Positions 19,043-28,139 of a stretch of 64,000 nt of DNA are shown in pieces; positions within the stretch are counted from its first letter, which is position 1; each line of letters begins with the position of its first letter. Under the pieces are notes generated by a model. That model made no database searches, had not been told where the DNA came from, and worked only from the letters and a program-made list of their open reading frames with translations. The stretch lies in the sequence record KU935715.1; one strand, written 5' to 3'. The stretch comes from Acinetobacter phage vB_AbaM_ME3. The translations under genes were made by a program, and so were the position numbers.

Positions 19043-19406
19043 ATACTTCTATAAACTCTTCTTCTCGTATATCTCTAATAATACATCCTCTACCTGGATA
19101 TTCATCATATTTACGAGACATAACTTTGCTATCATTTTGAAGTAATTTAACTATGTCACCTGACATATGTAAGGTACAATTATTTTTAAAAGGAATTTTT
19201 AAAGAATCTTCTTCACAGTAATTCCTGTTGGTTTGAGTATAAAAACTAATAGCTTCTTTAAACTCAGGAACATCTTCTCTAGACATGTATTGTATATAGA
19301 TATTTTTATAAGTTCTTGAATGTTCTAATACACTGTTATAGACATCTTTAGTAAATTTAATAGAAGGTGGTAATTTGAATTTAGATAGTTTCATATTGAT
19401 CCTCAA
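19035..19406 (-). CDS. paralog family A member (MKLSKFKLPPSIKF...; HMSGDIVKLLQND); start probably internal Met at ~19394
   Basis: Leader plus SGD motif. Confidence 0.55.
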   Translation of the reverse strand: MRINMKLSKFKLPPSIKFTKDVYNSVLEHSRTYKNIYIQYMSREDVPEFKEAISFYTQTNRNYCEEDSLKIPFKNNCTLHMSGDIVKLLQNDSKVMSRKYDEYPGRGCIIRDIREEEFIEVYE

Positions 19407-19740
19407 GATTTATTTCAATTACTTCATCTAAGTCACTTAAGTCATCAATTGAACTAATTATATAATCACCTGTAACTCCTCTAGCCATACATGCATTAGA
19501 GTTCAATTTATCTATAATGCTTCCGCATATAACTAAAGTATTATTTTGAAAAAGTTTAATTATACCTTTTGTATCTAATTGCATTCGTTTCCGAGGTATG
19601 GAATACAAAGAAAATTCATCTCGATCAAACCAGCAAGCATACATAATATTATGAGCTTTAGAATAGTTTATAAAGGTATCATAGAGGTCTTTAGTTATTT
19701 TTATAGATTTTGTATCTATAAATTTTTGTAATTTATTCAT
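19381..19740 (-). CDS. paralog family A member (MNKLQKFIDTKSIKI...; VICGSIIDKLNSN)
   Basis: Leader plus (I/C)(S/C)G motif. Confidence 0.55.
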   Translation of the reverse strand: MNKLQKFIDTKSIKITKDLYDTFINYSKAHNIMYACWFDRDEFSLYSIPRKRMQLDTKGIIKLFQNNTLVICGSIIDKLNSNACMARGVTGDYIISSIDDLSDLDEVIEINLEDQYETI

Positions 19741-20071
19741 AATATATTTCTATTAATTCATCTTGAGATACTAATTCTTTATCAATTATTTCATACACAT
19801 TTTTAGATATTCTAGATAAACATACAGACTCATTTAATTGTTGAGCAACTGTACCACATATAAATAATAAAAAGTTATTTTCAAATCTTAAACATATATC
19901 ATTTACAGCTTGATAATTTGGAAGAGCTTTACTATACAGCACAATAGTACTACTACCTTGCTGTTGTATAACTAGTACCTTCTGCATAGCAAAATTATGA
20001 GAGAGATCAAGTGCTACTCTATGTGTTATGAATACACTTTTACGAATTTTAAATTTACTCAATTGCATCAT
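19733..20071 (-). CDS. paralog family A member (MMQLSKFKIRKSV...; FICGTVAQQLNES)
   Basis: Leader plus ICG motif. Confidence 0.55.
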   Translation of the reverse strand: MMQLSKFKIRKSVFITHRVALDLSHNFAMQKVLVIQQQGSSTIVLYSKALPNYQAVNDICLRFENNFLLFICGTVAQQLNESVCLSRISKNVYEIIDKELVSQDELIEIYYE

Positions 20072-20375
20072 AACAGTCTATTTCTATAACTTCTTCAAAA
20101 GTACTATTAAGAAAAACATAAACCCCTGGTTCTTTTCTATATAAATATTTTCCTTCTTCTATATCTAAACTATTTAAATAGAAGCGGGTTTGATCTATAT
20201 AGAAAATTACATATCTATCTAAAGAAAATTTTTTTGGACGACGAGTTCCTAAATATAATCCTTCATCATTAGAATAAAAATAAAAATCTCTTGAATTAAA
20301 TTTAGTCAAAAATTGGTAAAAAGAATGTGTAATTAATAGGGTAGTTTTAATTTTAAAAGACTTAAGAAAAGCCAT
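20055..20375 (-). CDS. paralog family A member (MAFLKSFKIKTTLLI...)
   Basis: Leader motif. Confidence 0.5.
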   Translation of the reverse strand: MAFLKSFKIKTTLLITHSFYQFLTKFNSRDFYFYSNDEGLYLGTRRPKKFSLDRYVIFYIDQTRFYLNSLDIEEGKYLYRKEPGVYVFLNSTFEEVIEIDCYDAIE

Positions 20376-20685
20376 AAATTTCTATCTCCATAATTTCTTC
20401 GTCTACATTATGAAGAAATTGATAATCAGCAGCACCTAATCTATGTAAAATTTTTCCTTGAAGAATACTTTCAAAATGTTCGGGATTTAATAACATATTA
20501 GAAGTTCCAATTCTAAATCTAATATAATTTATTCTTGAAACAGGTCGAATCATTTGAAGTCGCATACCACTATCACGATTGTTAACAAAAGTTAAAGGAC
20601 TTAACTCTATATCATTTATAAATTTATATGTTGACTTCGATATACGTATTACAGAAATTGTTTTGAATTTATTAAGCTTCTTCAT
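20362..20685 (-). CDS. paralog family A member (MKKLNKFKTISVIRI...); the ORF-track 5' extension to 20772 is probably spurious
   Basis: The family-consistent start MKKLNKF at 20685 avoids a 100-nt overlap with the upstream ORF. Confidence 0.5.
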   Translation of the reverse strand: MKKLNKFKTISVIRISKSTYKFINDIELSPLTFVNNRDSGMRLQMIRPVSRINYIRFRIGTSNMLLNPEHFESILQGKILHRLGAADYQFLHNVDEEIMEIEIYGFS

Positions 20686-21013
20686 CAATGATTTCAAAAC
20701 TCCTAAAAGGTATATCAGTTTTAATAAACTTAGATACAATTCCATCCTTAACCAAAGCAGTACCTTCTTCAATACTATTTAAATGCCTTCTTGTTATATA
20801 GCATTTAATATTATCAATATAAAAATGTACATAAGGTCCTAAATCATAATGCCTTGCTAGATACATAACCCAACGATCAGCATCCATATGATAATATGTA
20901 AGGACAATCTCAGTTTCTTCATATCCTTCAAGATGATGTTTTAGTTCAGTAATCAAACTATCTGTTATGTTAATAACTTTAGAAAAAGTTTTAAACTTAT
21001 TAAATTTTTTCAT
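20672..21013 (-). CDS. paralog family A member (MKKFNKFKTFSKVINI...)
   Basis: Leader motif. First gene of array 1. Confidence 0.5.
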   Translation of the reverse strand: MKKFNKFKTFSKVINITDSLITELKHHLEGYEETEIVLTYYHMDADRWVMYLARHYDLGPYVHFYIDNIKCYITRRHLNSIEEGTALVKDGIVSKFIKTDIPFRSFEIIDEEA

Positions 21014-21575
21014 CTTCTATATCCTGATGATATTTTTCGATAATGTCATCTAAAGAAAATACTTTGTGTTCTACGTCAAGACCAACATCATATTGGAACT
21101 TCTTACGATCTTTATAAGTACCGTGACAATGACCAAATAAATTAATTGATCCTCGATGAGACTGATCCCAAGAACCTAATGGATAATGACTCATAGTAAT
21201 ACGAGTAGTTAAAGAATCTGAAATTTTAACATCTCTTAAACAGAAGTAATGATTTATATATTTATGAGGATTTAGTTTATAGACTTGTTGAAAAGCTTGC
21301 ATAATCATATTAGCAAATTTTTCATCATGATTACCTAAAGCGATATAAACCAAAACACCCTTATCTTTAAAATATGTAAAGAACTTAATAAACTCTTGCA
21401 ACTTAATCCTAAAATTACAAGAGATATCTCCTAATAAGTAGAGAATATCTCCTGATTTTAAATGATCAAATTTAGACATGATCCATTGATTATGCTCTTC
21501 TTCAGTACATGGACGATTACAATATTTAATGATATTTTTGTGCGACAGGTGCAAATCCGATGAGAAATGGATCAT
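21000..21575 (-). CDS. calcineurin-like metallophosphoesterase (Ser/Thr phosphatase-type)
   Basis: Motifs SDLHL, LLGDI, GNHD, GHCH in canonical order. Confidence 0.75.
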   Translation of the reverse strand: MIHFSSDLHLSHKNIIKYCNRPCTEEEHNQWIMSKFDHLKSGDILYLLGDISCNFRIKLQEFIKFFTYFKDKGVLVYIALGNHDEKFANMIMQAFQQVYKLNPHKYINHYFCLRDVKISDSLTTRITMSHYPLGSWDQSHRGSINLFGHCHGTYKDRKKFQYDVGLDVEHKVFSLDDIIEKYHQDIEDEKI

Positions 21576-21584
21576 TTTTTTAAA

Positions 21585-21899
21585 TCACTCTTCTTCAATT
21601 TCTAAATCTAGGGATGGAGTATCTCCACGAGAATCACTTCCAAATAATGATTCAATAGTTTTAGCTTCTTCGTCTGTTAATTCTTTAATTTTGAGAGTAC
21701 TGAATACATCATCATAATTACGATAATAGATTTCTTCATTAGTACCAACCCAATGAATAAGGGGCTCACCACCATTTTTAAAATATTTTTCAATATCTTT
21801 TAAATAATTGTCAAGCCAATCTTTATCACAAATAGTCCATCCGTAGATGTCCATTTCATCAGCCCAGTTATCATTAACTTGTACTAACACTTGGGTCAT
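21585..21899 (-). CDS. hypothetical acidic protein (104 aa)
   Basis: ORF-track ORF. Confidence 0.5.
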   Translation of the reverse strand: MTQVLVQVNDNWADEMDIYGWTICDKDWLDNYLKDIEKYFKNGGEPLIHWVGTNEEIYYRNYDDVFSTLKIKELTDEEAKTIESLFGSDSRGDTPSLDLEIEEE

Positions 21900-21902
21900 T
21901 TA

Positions 21903-22223
21903 TTACACTCCTAAACGTTCTTTAAGAACAGCTAAAGGAGCCATACCACGAACAGTATTAGTAACTACACCATTTTCATAAACTAACATAGTAGGTACGG
22001 TAGTAATATTTAATTCTTTAGCTAAATTTTGTAAATCGTCTGTTTCAGGAGTCAAAGAAAAGAAAGACACACCTTCTGTTTCTTGTGAAAGTTTATTAAA
22101 TAAAGGAGCTAAAGCTTTACATGGAGCACAAGTACTTGTACTAATTTTAACAATACTTTTTTGTGTATTTGTAAGCACATCAGATTTATATTGTTCTGAT
22201 GATTGAATTTCAATAATTGACAT
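21903..22223 (-). CDS. thioredoxin-like protein
   Basis: CAPC active-site motif in a ~106-aa protein with a thioredoxin-like layout. Confidence 0.6.
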   Translation of the reverse strand: MSIIEIQSSEQYKSDVLTNTQKSIVKISTSTCAPCKALAPLFNKLSQETEGVSFFSLTPETDDLQNLAKELNITTVPTMLVYENGVVTNTVRGMAPLAVLKERLGV

Positions 22224-22232
22224 ATATTCTTC

Positions 22233-22646
22233 TTATTTTTTATTAACTAATTGTGAAATTGTTTTAGCATCGTATTGAGATACATGGTAATTAGCTTTAA
22301 ACCAGTTCATAACAAATGCAGTTTTATTACCTTTATCTTCAGACCAATTTCCACACACTCTTTCAACAATTTCAATTGTTTTTTCAGGAGATAATGGTTG
22401 AGGTAATAAACTATTTAAAATTTCTAATTCTTCACGTGCAACTTCATTTAAAGGAGAGACACTTAATACTTGTAAAGCTGAATCACGAAACTTTTTTAAA
22501 GTATCTAAAGTAATAGTATTTCTATCTGCTTTTACTTTCTTTTCGGCTTGTTGAACTTCACCTAAAATAGTTGTAAACAGATTTGTATGAACTTTATTCT
22601 TATTTTTACGAGCTTCTAATGATTTTTCAGTAATTGTTTGAAACAT
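22233..22646 (-). CDS. hypothetical protein (137 aa; weak GatB/YqeY-like resemblance)
   Basis: ORF-track ORF. Domain assignment is weak. Confidence 0.45.
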   Translation of the reverse strand: MFQTITEKSLEARKNKNKVHTNLFTTILGEVQQAEKKVKADRNTITLDTLKKFRDSALQVLSVSPLNEVAREELEILNSLLPQPLSPEKTIEIVERVCGNWSEDKGNKTAFVMNWFKANYHVSQYDAKTISQLVNKK

Positions 22647-22660
22647 TTTATATCCAATAA

Positions 22661-22693
22661 AAAAGCCTCTACTATAATTTAGTAGAGGCTTTT
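22661..22693 (-). terminator. rho-independent terminator (also a hairpin on the plus strand)
   Basis: aaagcctctact-ataattt-agtagaggcttt followed on the minus strand by TTTTTTATTGG. Confidence 0.6.
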
Positions 22694-22696
22694 ATT

Positions 22697-23320
22697 TTAA
22701 GTTAAAGGAAGTATAACTGATCTTACAACATCATCTGATCCACGTACAGAGATCTTTAAATTGAAATCATCTATAACACTTAAAGATATATTAGAAGGTA
22801 ATCTAGCAGAATCTACTTTAGTACTCAAACCACTTGTTATTGTGGAATTTAAAGTAGATTCAAGAGTAGATACCTTAGAATCAACATATGGCTTAATAGA
22901 ATGAGGATCTTCTGAAGTTGTATGTTCTTCAATCTTTCTATCTAGTTCCATATCAACATAGTCGACATTATTATTAGAGATTTTGTTTAACATCTCATTT
23001 TGAATATCAACCATATTAACAGTAATAGAGTGGGGATCTAACATAGTAATAGGTAATTGACTAAGAGAGATCATCCCATTAACTAAATCTGCTTTAGTGT
23101 TATTAAGATTTTGAATAGCAGGATTGAATGTATCTCTCACTGCTTGTTCTCTCAAATCTATATACTGTTTTTGACTAATAGATAATGGTTTATCTATATC
23201 ACTAGTATTATCTACTTTATCGAGATCTAAAATTTGAGGAACATCAAGTAGTACCCAATTCTTTAATTTCTGAGTAGTTAGATGATATTTACCACGTCCG
23301 AGCAATAGGTATTTGTTCAA
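22697..23320 (-). CDS. hypothetical protein (207 aa, Ser/Thr/Asn-rich; possibly structural)
   Basis: ORF-track ORF. Confidence 0.5.
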   Translation of the reverse strand: MNKYLLLGRGKYHLTTQKLKNWVLLDVPQILDLDKVDNTSDIDKPLSISQKQYIDLREQAVRDTFNPAIQNLNNTKADLVNGMISLSQLPITMLDPHSITVNMVDIQNEMLNKISNNNVDYVDMELDRKIEEHTTSEDPHSIKPYVDSKVSTLESTLNSTITSGLSTKVDSARLPSNISLSVIDDFNLKISVRGSDDVVRSVILPLT

Positions 23321-23399
23321 TACCTACTAACTCATGAGGAAATTCTGGTACTTGACTTATTGTTTGCCCAAGATAAGCATCAGCCATTATAATTCTTCC

Positions 23400-24845
23400 T
23401 TATGTTCTTTGTTGAAAACCAAAACCAGTATTTACTAATTCTGTGCTTTCATTTTCACGTCTACCTGCTAATAAAGCAAATAGATTAGCTAAAGTAATAC
23501 GATCTGGAAGACTTTCTTCTAAGTCTAAACGATCACAACGATTTAGTACTTTAACTGCTTGTTCTTTATGCAATGCATCTACATGAATAGCTTTATAGCA
23601 ACGGCCTTCACGTAATAGAGCTTCATCAACATCTGCTAAATTATTTAAGTTAGAAGTAAAGATAACTTTCTTTTCTTTCTTAGCTGTTAATCCATCAGTG
23701 ATGTTAAGAAGTTTTTTCATCACTTCATTACCATCTTTCTGACGACTATTAATATAAGTATCAGCATCTTCAATAATTAAGAATCGTTCATCACTATCAT
23801 AGAAATGAGAGAATAACGAATCCATATTAGCAATATCTTTATTGTATGTGATTAAACAAGATTCATTAGCATAATGTAAAATTTGCTTTAATAAACTTGT
23901 TTTACCAGTACCTGGAGCTCCATACAATAATAACACAGCTGAATCAGATTCTAAATAGCCATTAATAAAATCTTGAAGATTAATATCATTTAAGAAAGGA
24001 TAAGCTTCTTCAATAAAAGTCTTATTACGAGGAATTGGAATAGTTTTAATATTCAAATCACCTGACTGTGTAATACGATCAACCCATTGAACTTCAACTG
24101 TCTTAGGTTTTAATTCTAATAAAGGGTGAAGTTCTTCAGCTAATGTAGTAGGCATGATTGCATTATTAATAAAGTAATCAGCAGGAACCTTATGAGTATG
24201 TTCAATAGATATAAAACCACCATCCATTAAAATCTCATAATGCTTTTGAAGCTTTTCACCATAATGAGTAAATACTGTTAAAGCTTTTGATTTAGCAAAT
24301 TCTAAAATAGCTTCAAATGATGCTTTTGTAATTTCAGTATATGTATAAGTAGATAAAGGAATTCCTTTATCTAAAGAATTTTGTTGAATATTAACTAGGT
24401 ACTGCATACCGAATGAAGCAGTAACAATACTAGGACTTAAATTATTTTGAGAAGTCATTGGAGGGCTCATAGGAATATTATATACAGGTACTTTAGTATA
24501 AGCTGGATTTACATCTGGTGAATGATAATAGTTAGGACCACTTACTGCGTAGACATGCTTGCCTGTATAAGATACTTGAAGATCATATGAATCTCTGGGG
24601 TTAGCATTGTACTGTGGACCAACCCCTGTAAGAGTATTATAAATAGACTTATTAAAACTTGAAGCAGTAATTTGTCTTAAAAAAGTTCTATAATACATAG
24701 ATACGTAACTAATACGATCATATGAATTTAACTCTCCAAACTCATTATTAACAGTTGGAGAAACACCTTCAACAATTTTAAAAGCGTTTCTAAATATAGA
24801 CATTATTTGAAATGGTCTATGTCTTCGAAGAGTTACTCTTGCCAT
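23400..24845 (-). CDS. AAA+ ATPase domain protein (481 aa)
   Basis: Walker A LLLYGAPGTGKTSL and Walker B-like FLIIEDAD in the C-terminal half. Confidence 0.6.
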   Translation of the reverse strand: MARVTLRRHRPFQIMSIFRNAFKIVEGVSPTVNNEFGELNSYDRISYVSMYYRTFLRQITASSFNKSIYNTLTGVGPQYNANPRDSYDLQVSYTGKHVYAVSGPNYYHSPDVNPAYTKVPVYNIPMSPPMTSQNNLSPSIVTASFGMQYLVNIQQNSLDKGIPLSTYTYTEITKASFEAILEFAKSKALTVFTHYGEKLQKHYEILMDGGFISIEHTHKVPADYFINNAIMPTTLAEELHPLLELKPKTVEVQWVDRITQSGDLNIKTIPIPRNKTFIEEAYPFLNDINLQDFINGYLESDSAVLLLYGAPGTGKTSLLKQILHYANESCLITYNKDIANMDSLFSHFYDSDERFLIIEDADTYINSRQKDGNEVMKKLLNITDGLTAKKEKKVIFTSNLNNLADVDEALLREGRCYKAIHVDALHKEQAVKVLNRCDRLDLEESLPDRITLANLFALLAGRRENESTELVNTGFGFQQRT

Positions 24846-24851
24846 ATTATA

Positions 24852-25040
24852 CTATTCACTTTTAAATTGCTTAATCATGTATGTGTTATGTTCATTCAAG
24901 AAATCATTCATAATTTGTAGTGTTTCTACATCTTGAGTTAACTTTTGATTTTCTTTAGTTAACTCGTCACATTTTTGATTAAGAACATAAATCGCTGCTA
25001 ATAATAAAAGAATAACAGAGATAACAAGACTAACCAGCAT
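24852..25040 (-). CDS. small membrane protein (62 aa)
   Basis: N-terminal TM helix. Confidence 0.45.
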   Translation of the reverse strand: MLVSLVISVILLLLAAIYVLNQKCDELTKENQKLTQDVETLQIMNDFLNEHNTYMIKQFKSE

Positions 25041-25041
25041 A

Positions 25042-25731
25042 TTAATTCTCTTCTACAGAAGGCGCTACTGTAGCGCCTTTAAGAGCAGCTAAACGTTCTT
25101 GAGCTGATTTTTGAGTAGTATTGTATTTCTTAACTACTTCTTGACCAACTGGTTTAGTCTTCTCTTTTACACGTTTAATACCCTTATAACGAGAAGACAT
25201 TTCATCAGCATCGCGACGAACTTGTTCAATTTGGGCACGTAATCCATTAGGAATACTATCAGAGTGAAGTTCAATTAATGCTTTAGCAGCATCATAACGT
25301 ACTTCAGCTAATGTAAGCGTTTGCTGTGCTTGAACAATGTCTTCATCAATTGTTTTAAGCTCTTCTTCTAGATCTTTAGAATGTTCTACAAAAAGATCTA
25401 AAGTAGATTGTAATACTTCTAGTTCTCTTTCAGCAGCATCTAATTCACTTGCAATTATTTCTACATCTGAAGTATTACCTTCAGCATCAGCTTGTAATAA
25501 AGCTGAATTTAAAGCTTCAATTTGTTTTTGAGCTTCTACTACTTTACCTTCATATAAAGCCGCTTTACCTTCTGTAGTTTCAAAAGTTTTAACTACAGCA
25601 CAACGAGCTTCATTATATTGCTTTAAAATACGATGACTACGATTTTTAATTGAATCTAATTCATCTAATGTACGATCTAATTTAGATCCAAAAATTAAGA
25701 AGAATTTTTTGAGTAACTTAAAAAAGTTCAT
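25042..25731 (-). CDS. PspA/IM30-like coiled-coil protein
   Basis: N-terminal MNFFKLLKKFFLIFGSKLDRTLDELDS resembles the PspA/Vipp1 N-terminal amphipathic pattern, followed by a long coiled coil. Confidence 0.4.
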   Translation of the reverse strand: MNFFKLLKKFFLIFGSKLDRTLDELDSIKNRSHRILKQYNEARCAVVKTFETTEGKAALYEGKVVEAQKQIEALNSALLQADAEGNTSDVEIIASELDAAERELEVLQSTLDLFVEHSKDLEEELKTIDEDIVQAQQTLTLAEVRYDAAKALIELHSDSIPNGLRAQIEQVRRDADEMSSRYKGIKRVKEKTKPVGQEVVKKYNTTQKSAQERLAALKGATVAPSVEEN

Positions 25732-25733
25732 GA

Positions 25734-26144
25734 TTATTCCTTTGTATATCTACGAATTAGTTGTTCACGTCTTGAACCAGTAGTTGACGTATTTAAGAGA
25801 GAAGCTAAAGTTTCAGGATTAAATATCACAGCTGTCTTTTCTCCTCCCATTATCTTATTACGATTAATAGTATCGAATAGAACATGAACTGCTTTAGGAC
25901 AAGTTTTTGGATAATTACTCTTTTGTTTTTCAAGCTTATTATACAACTTAGTAATAGTTGGAAATTCATAAGGATTGAAACCTAACAAACGAGTAACTGT
26001 ATCTGTATATGATTCAATTGTCTCTTCTACTGGTGCAGGAATTCTTTTTAATTTTTTATAACGTTTAAATAAAAATACAATTACAAAAAATAGACATTGT
26101 GCTAGAAGAAGTCCTAGACAAAATGCAGCAATTTTCTCACCCAT
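25734..26144 (-). CDS. membrane-anchored protein (136 aa)
   Basis: N-terminal TM helix. ATGA/TGA overlap with DHFR. Confidence 0.5.
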   Translation of the reverse strand: MGEKIAAFCLGLLLAQCLFFVIVFLFKRYKKLKRIPAPVEETIESYTDTVTRLLGFNPYEFPTITKLYNKLEKQKSNYPKTCPKAVHVLFDTINRNKIMGGEKTAVIFNPETLASLLNTSTTGSRREQLIRRYTKE

Positions 26145-26676
26145 GTAAATTTACCTTTTTATATTTCTTAATTGAAAAAGAGACCCCAGAAGAAGAGACT
26201 TTATCTTCTTGTTCTACTAACTGGAATTCAGAAGTATCTAAGTTATGATTATAGAACTTATTACCATTTTCAATTTCAATACCTACTACTGTAGCTATTA
26301 CTTCATCTGGCGGGTAAGACTCATATACTTTTTCACCACCTACTATAAGAATCTCTTCATTAGGATTAGCTTTAATATAATGATCCAATATTGGTTTAGT
26401 CCAATAAGAAATATTATTAGAATCTAATCCATAATCATCAATTAATTGTTGGGCTTTAATTGGATTTTGAGTAATAACTACAATATTACGCCCAGGAAGA
26501 ACTTCATGACTTTTTGCATAACCCACTACACTACGAAAAGTATTACTTCCCATATAAATAGTTTTTCCTAAAGTTAATTCTTTAAAGAGTTTTAAGTCTT
26601 CAGGTAAATGCCAAGGAAGACCATTGTCAATTCCAATTACATCATTTAAAGATTTAGCTACAATATGTTTAATCAT
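26137..26676 (-). CDS. frd: dihydrofolate reductase
   Basis: IGIDNGLPWHLPEDLKLFKELTLGKTIYMGSNTF...LPGRNIVVIT and GGEKVYES: canonical DHFR motifs. Confidence 0.85.
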   Translation of the reverse strand: MIKHIVAKSLNDVIGIDNGLPWHLPEDLKLFKELTLGKTIYMGSNTFRSVVGYAKSHEVLPGRNIVVITQNPIKAQQLIDDYGLDSNNISYWTKPILDHYIKANPNEEILIVGGEKVYESYPPDEVIATVVGIEIENGNKFYNHNLDTSEFQLVEQEDKVSSSGVSFSIKKYKKVNLHG

Positions 26677-26678
26677 GG

Positions 26679-27017
26679 TTAATCCTCTAGAAGATCTCTA
26701 AAAATTTGTTCTCTTGTTCGTCCTGTCGTTAAATTAGGAACACGTCCATATTCAGAAAAATCAGAAGGTATTACCCTTGAATTCCTAAGTCTTGTACGAC
26801 TTTCTTCTCGGACATAATACTCATTAAATAGACGAGCATCAGTAGGAGGTAGACAACTAACAGAGCCTATTTCAGTCATAGTTGCCAGTAGTTCTTGAAT
26901 TTCTTTTGCCCATAAAGGATCATCTCTAACAATTTTCTTAAATTTAAGAAATGTTCCTTTTTTCTTCGATGGAGGATAGAAAAAAGGAAACCCTATAGTT
27001 GTAATATCATCCATCAT
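26679..27017 (-). CDS. hypothetical protein (112 aa)
   Basis: ORF-track ORF. Confidence 0.5.
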   Translation of the reverse strand: MMDDITTIGFPFFYPPSKKKGTFLKFKKIVRDDPLWAKEIQELLATMTEIGSVSCLPPTDARLFNEYYVREESRTRLRNSRVIPSDFSEYGRVPNLTTGRTREQIFRDLLED

Positions 27018-27417
27018 TTAGATAAGTCTCCAAGCAAGGATTAATACCTTCAGTAGTACCTGTAATTAACGTAGGTTGTCTTATAGGATAAGATGCTGAA
27101 GTTAATGTAAACATTGGAGGACTATAAGCTGTATTTAATTCAGCTCTTTGTGGTCTATACCTATCAGATAACATATATCCATAAAGTTGATCAAGTAAAA
27201 GATCATTTATTAATTTGGAAGTTTCATTCCAAGAACCTTCATACACACCATCTAGCCAACATTTAGAATCTTCTTCTATTAAAGGATTAGTATGAACAGT
27301 AGTCTTAAATTTATTAAGTTTTTGACCTTTATCTTTTTGTTCTTCAGGCTTGGTATATTTATAATATTTAATTTGAATAGGAGTTTCTAGTCTCCAATTT
27401 GAATAATCTCTTCTCAT
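27007..27417 (-). CDS. hypothetical protein (136 aa; contains an internal QKLNKFKT leader-like motif)
   Basis: ORF-track ORF. Confidence 0.45.
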   Translation of the reverse strand: MRRDYSNWRLETPIQIKYYKYTKPEEQKDKGQKLNKFKTTVHTNPLIEEDSKCWLDGVYEGSWNETSKLINDLLLDQLYGYMLSDRYRPQRAELNTAYSPPMFTLTSASYPIRQPTLITGTTEGINPCLETYLNDG

Positions 27418-27425
27418 GAATTCCT

Positions 27426-27638
27426 TTAATATGTAATTGTTTTATGTTTTATATTACCACATTTTTTACATTGTTTAATAAAGGAAACACCATAAGGAAT
27501 AGATTCATCTTTTTCGACTAAACTAATTTCTTTAACAACAACGTATTCATGTTTACAACTTAAAAATCTTGAGTACACTATAAACATACATAACGAGAAA
27601 AAGAAGCCAATAAATAATCCAATTATTTCATTAATCAT
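27426..27638 (-). CDS. small membrane protein with C-terminal CxxC pair (70 aa)
   Basis: Hydrophobic N-terminus. CKHEY...CKKCGN. Confidence 0.45.
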   Translation of the reverse strand: MINEIIGLFIGFFFSLCMFIVYSRFLSCKHEYVVVKEISLVEKDESIPYGVSFIKQCKKCGNIKHKTITY

Positions 27639-27647
27639 ATTAACTCC

Positions 27648-28139
27648 TTAATAAGAGTTAAACACATCTACACTACCATCTGGCTTAATGTGGTATGTCT
27701 CTTTTTTATTTTTTATTGAGTAATTTAATGTATACCATGTCCCACTTAATTTAGGAGATGGGTCTTCGTTTTCTAAAGTAATAGCAATCATAATAGAAGA
27801 TTCATTAACAATATCTCTATTACGAGCAAAGTAAGTTTTATCTTCTCTTACTTGATCACTTTTAAAATCACCTACCAATTTCTTACTGACTGGTGGATGA
27901 GCAACAACAGTAAAGTCATAAAGATCTTTTACTAGTTTTGCAGCTTGAGTATCAACTCCAATACAATCTCCTTGATGAAAGGTATCAAGCATTGGATATC
28001 GTTCTAGTAGTTTAGCTACAACAGAGAGGAAAGCCTTCTGTTGTAGCTTATTCATACCTTGACGAGTACCTGTGATACCTAAATCAGTAATCTTCACCTT
28101 GGATACCATAAGTAACTCCATTGATATTTGAAACACCAT
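27648..28139 (-). CDS. hypothetical protein, possible SLOG/DprA-like Rossmann-fold protein
   Basis: GITGTRQG...HQGDCIGVDTQAA pattern. The start may be an internal Met (~28109). Confidence 0.35.
   Translation of the reverse strand: MVFQISMELLMVSKVKITDLGITGTRQGMNKLQQKAFLSVVAKLLERYPMLDTFHQGDCIGVDTQAAKLVKDLYDFTVVAHPPVSKKLVGDFKSDQVREDKTYFARNRDIVNESSIMIAITLENEDPSPKLSGTWYTLNYSIKNKKETYHIKPDGSVDVFNSY

Noticed and set aside
20579-20782. Plus-strand ORF (67 aa)
   Set aside because: Antisense within the paralog array. AT-rich low-complexity translation.
21529-21717. Plus-strand ORF (62 aa)
   Set aside because: Antisense to the phosphoesterase gene and its downstream neighbour.
22316-22513. Plus-strand ORF (65 aa)
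   Set aside because: Antisense inside gene 22233-22646.
25337-25531. Plus-strand ORF (64 aa, Ser-rich)
   Set aside because: Antisense to the PspA-like coiled-coil gene. Its composition reflects the complement of Glu/Leu codons.
26245-26427. Plus-strand ORF (60 aa)
   Set aside because: Antisense inside the DHFR gene.
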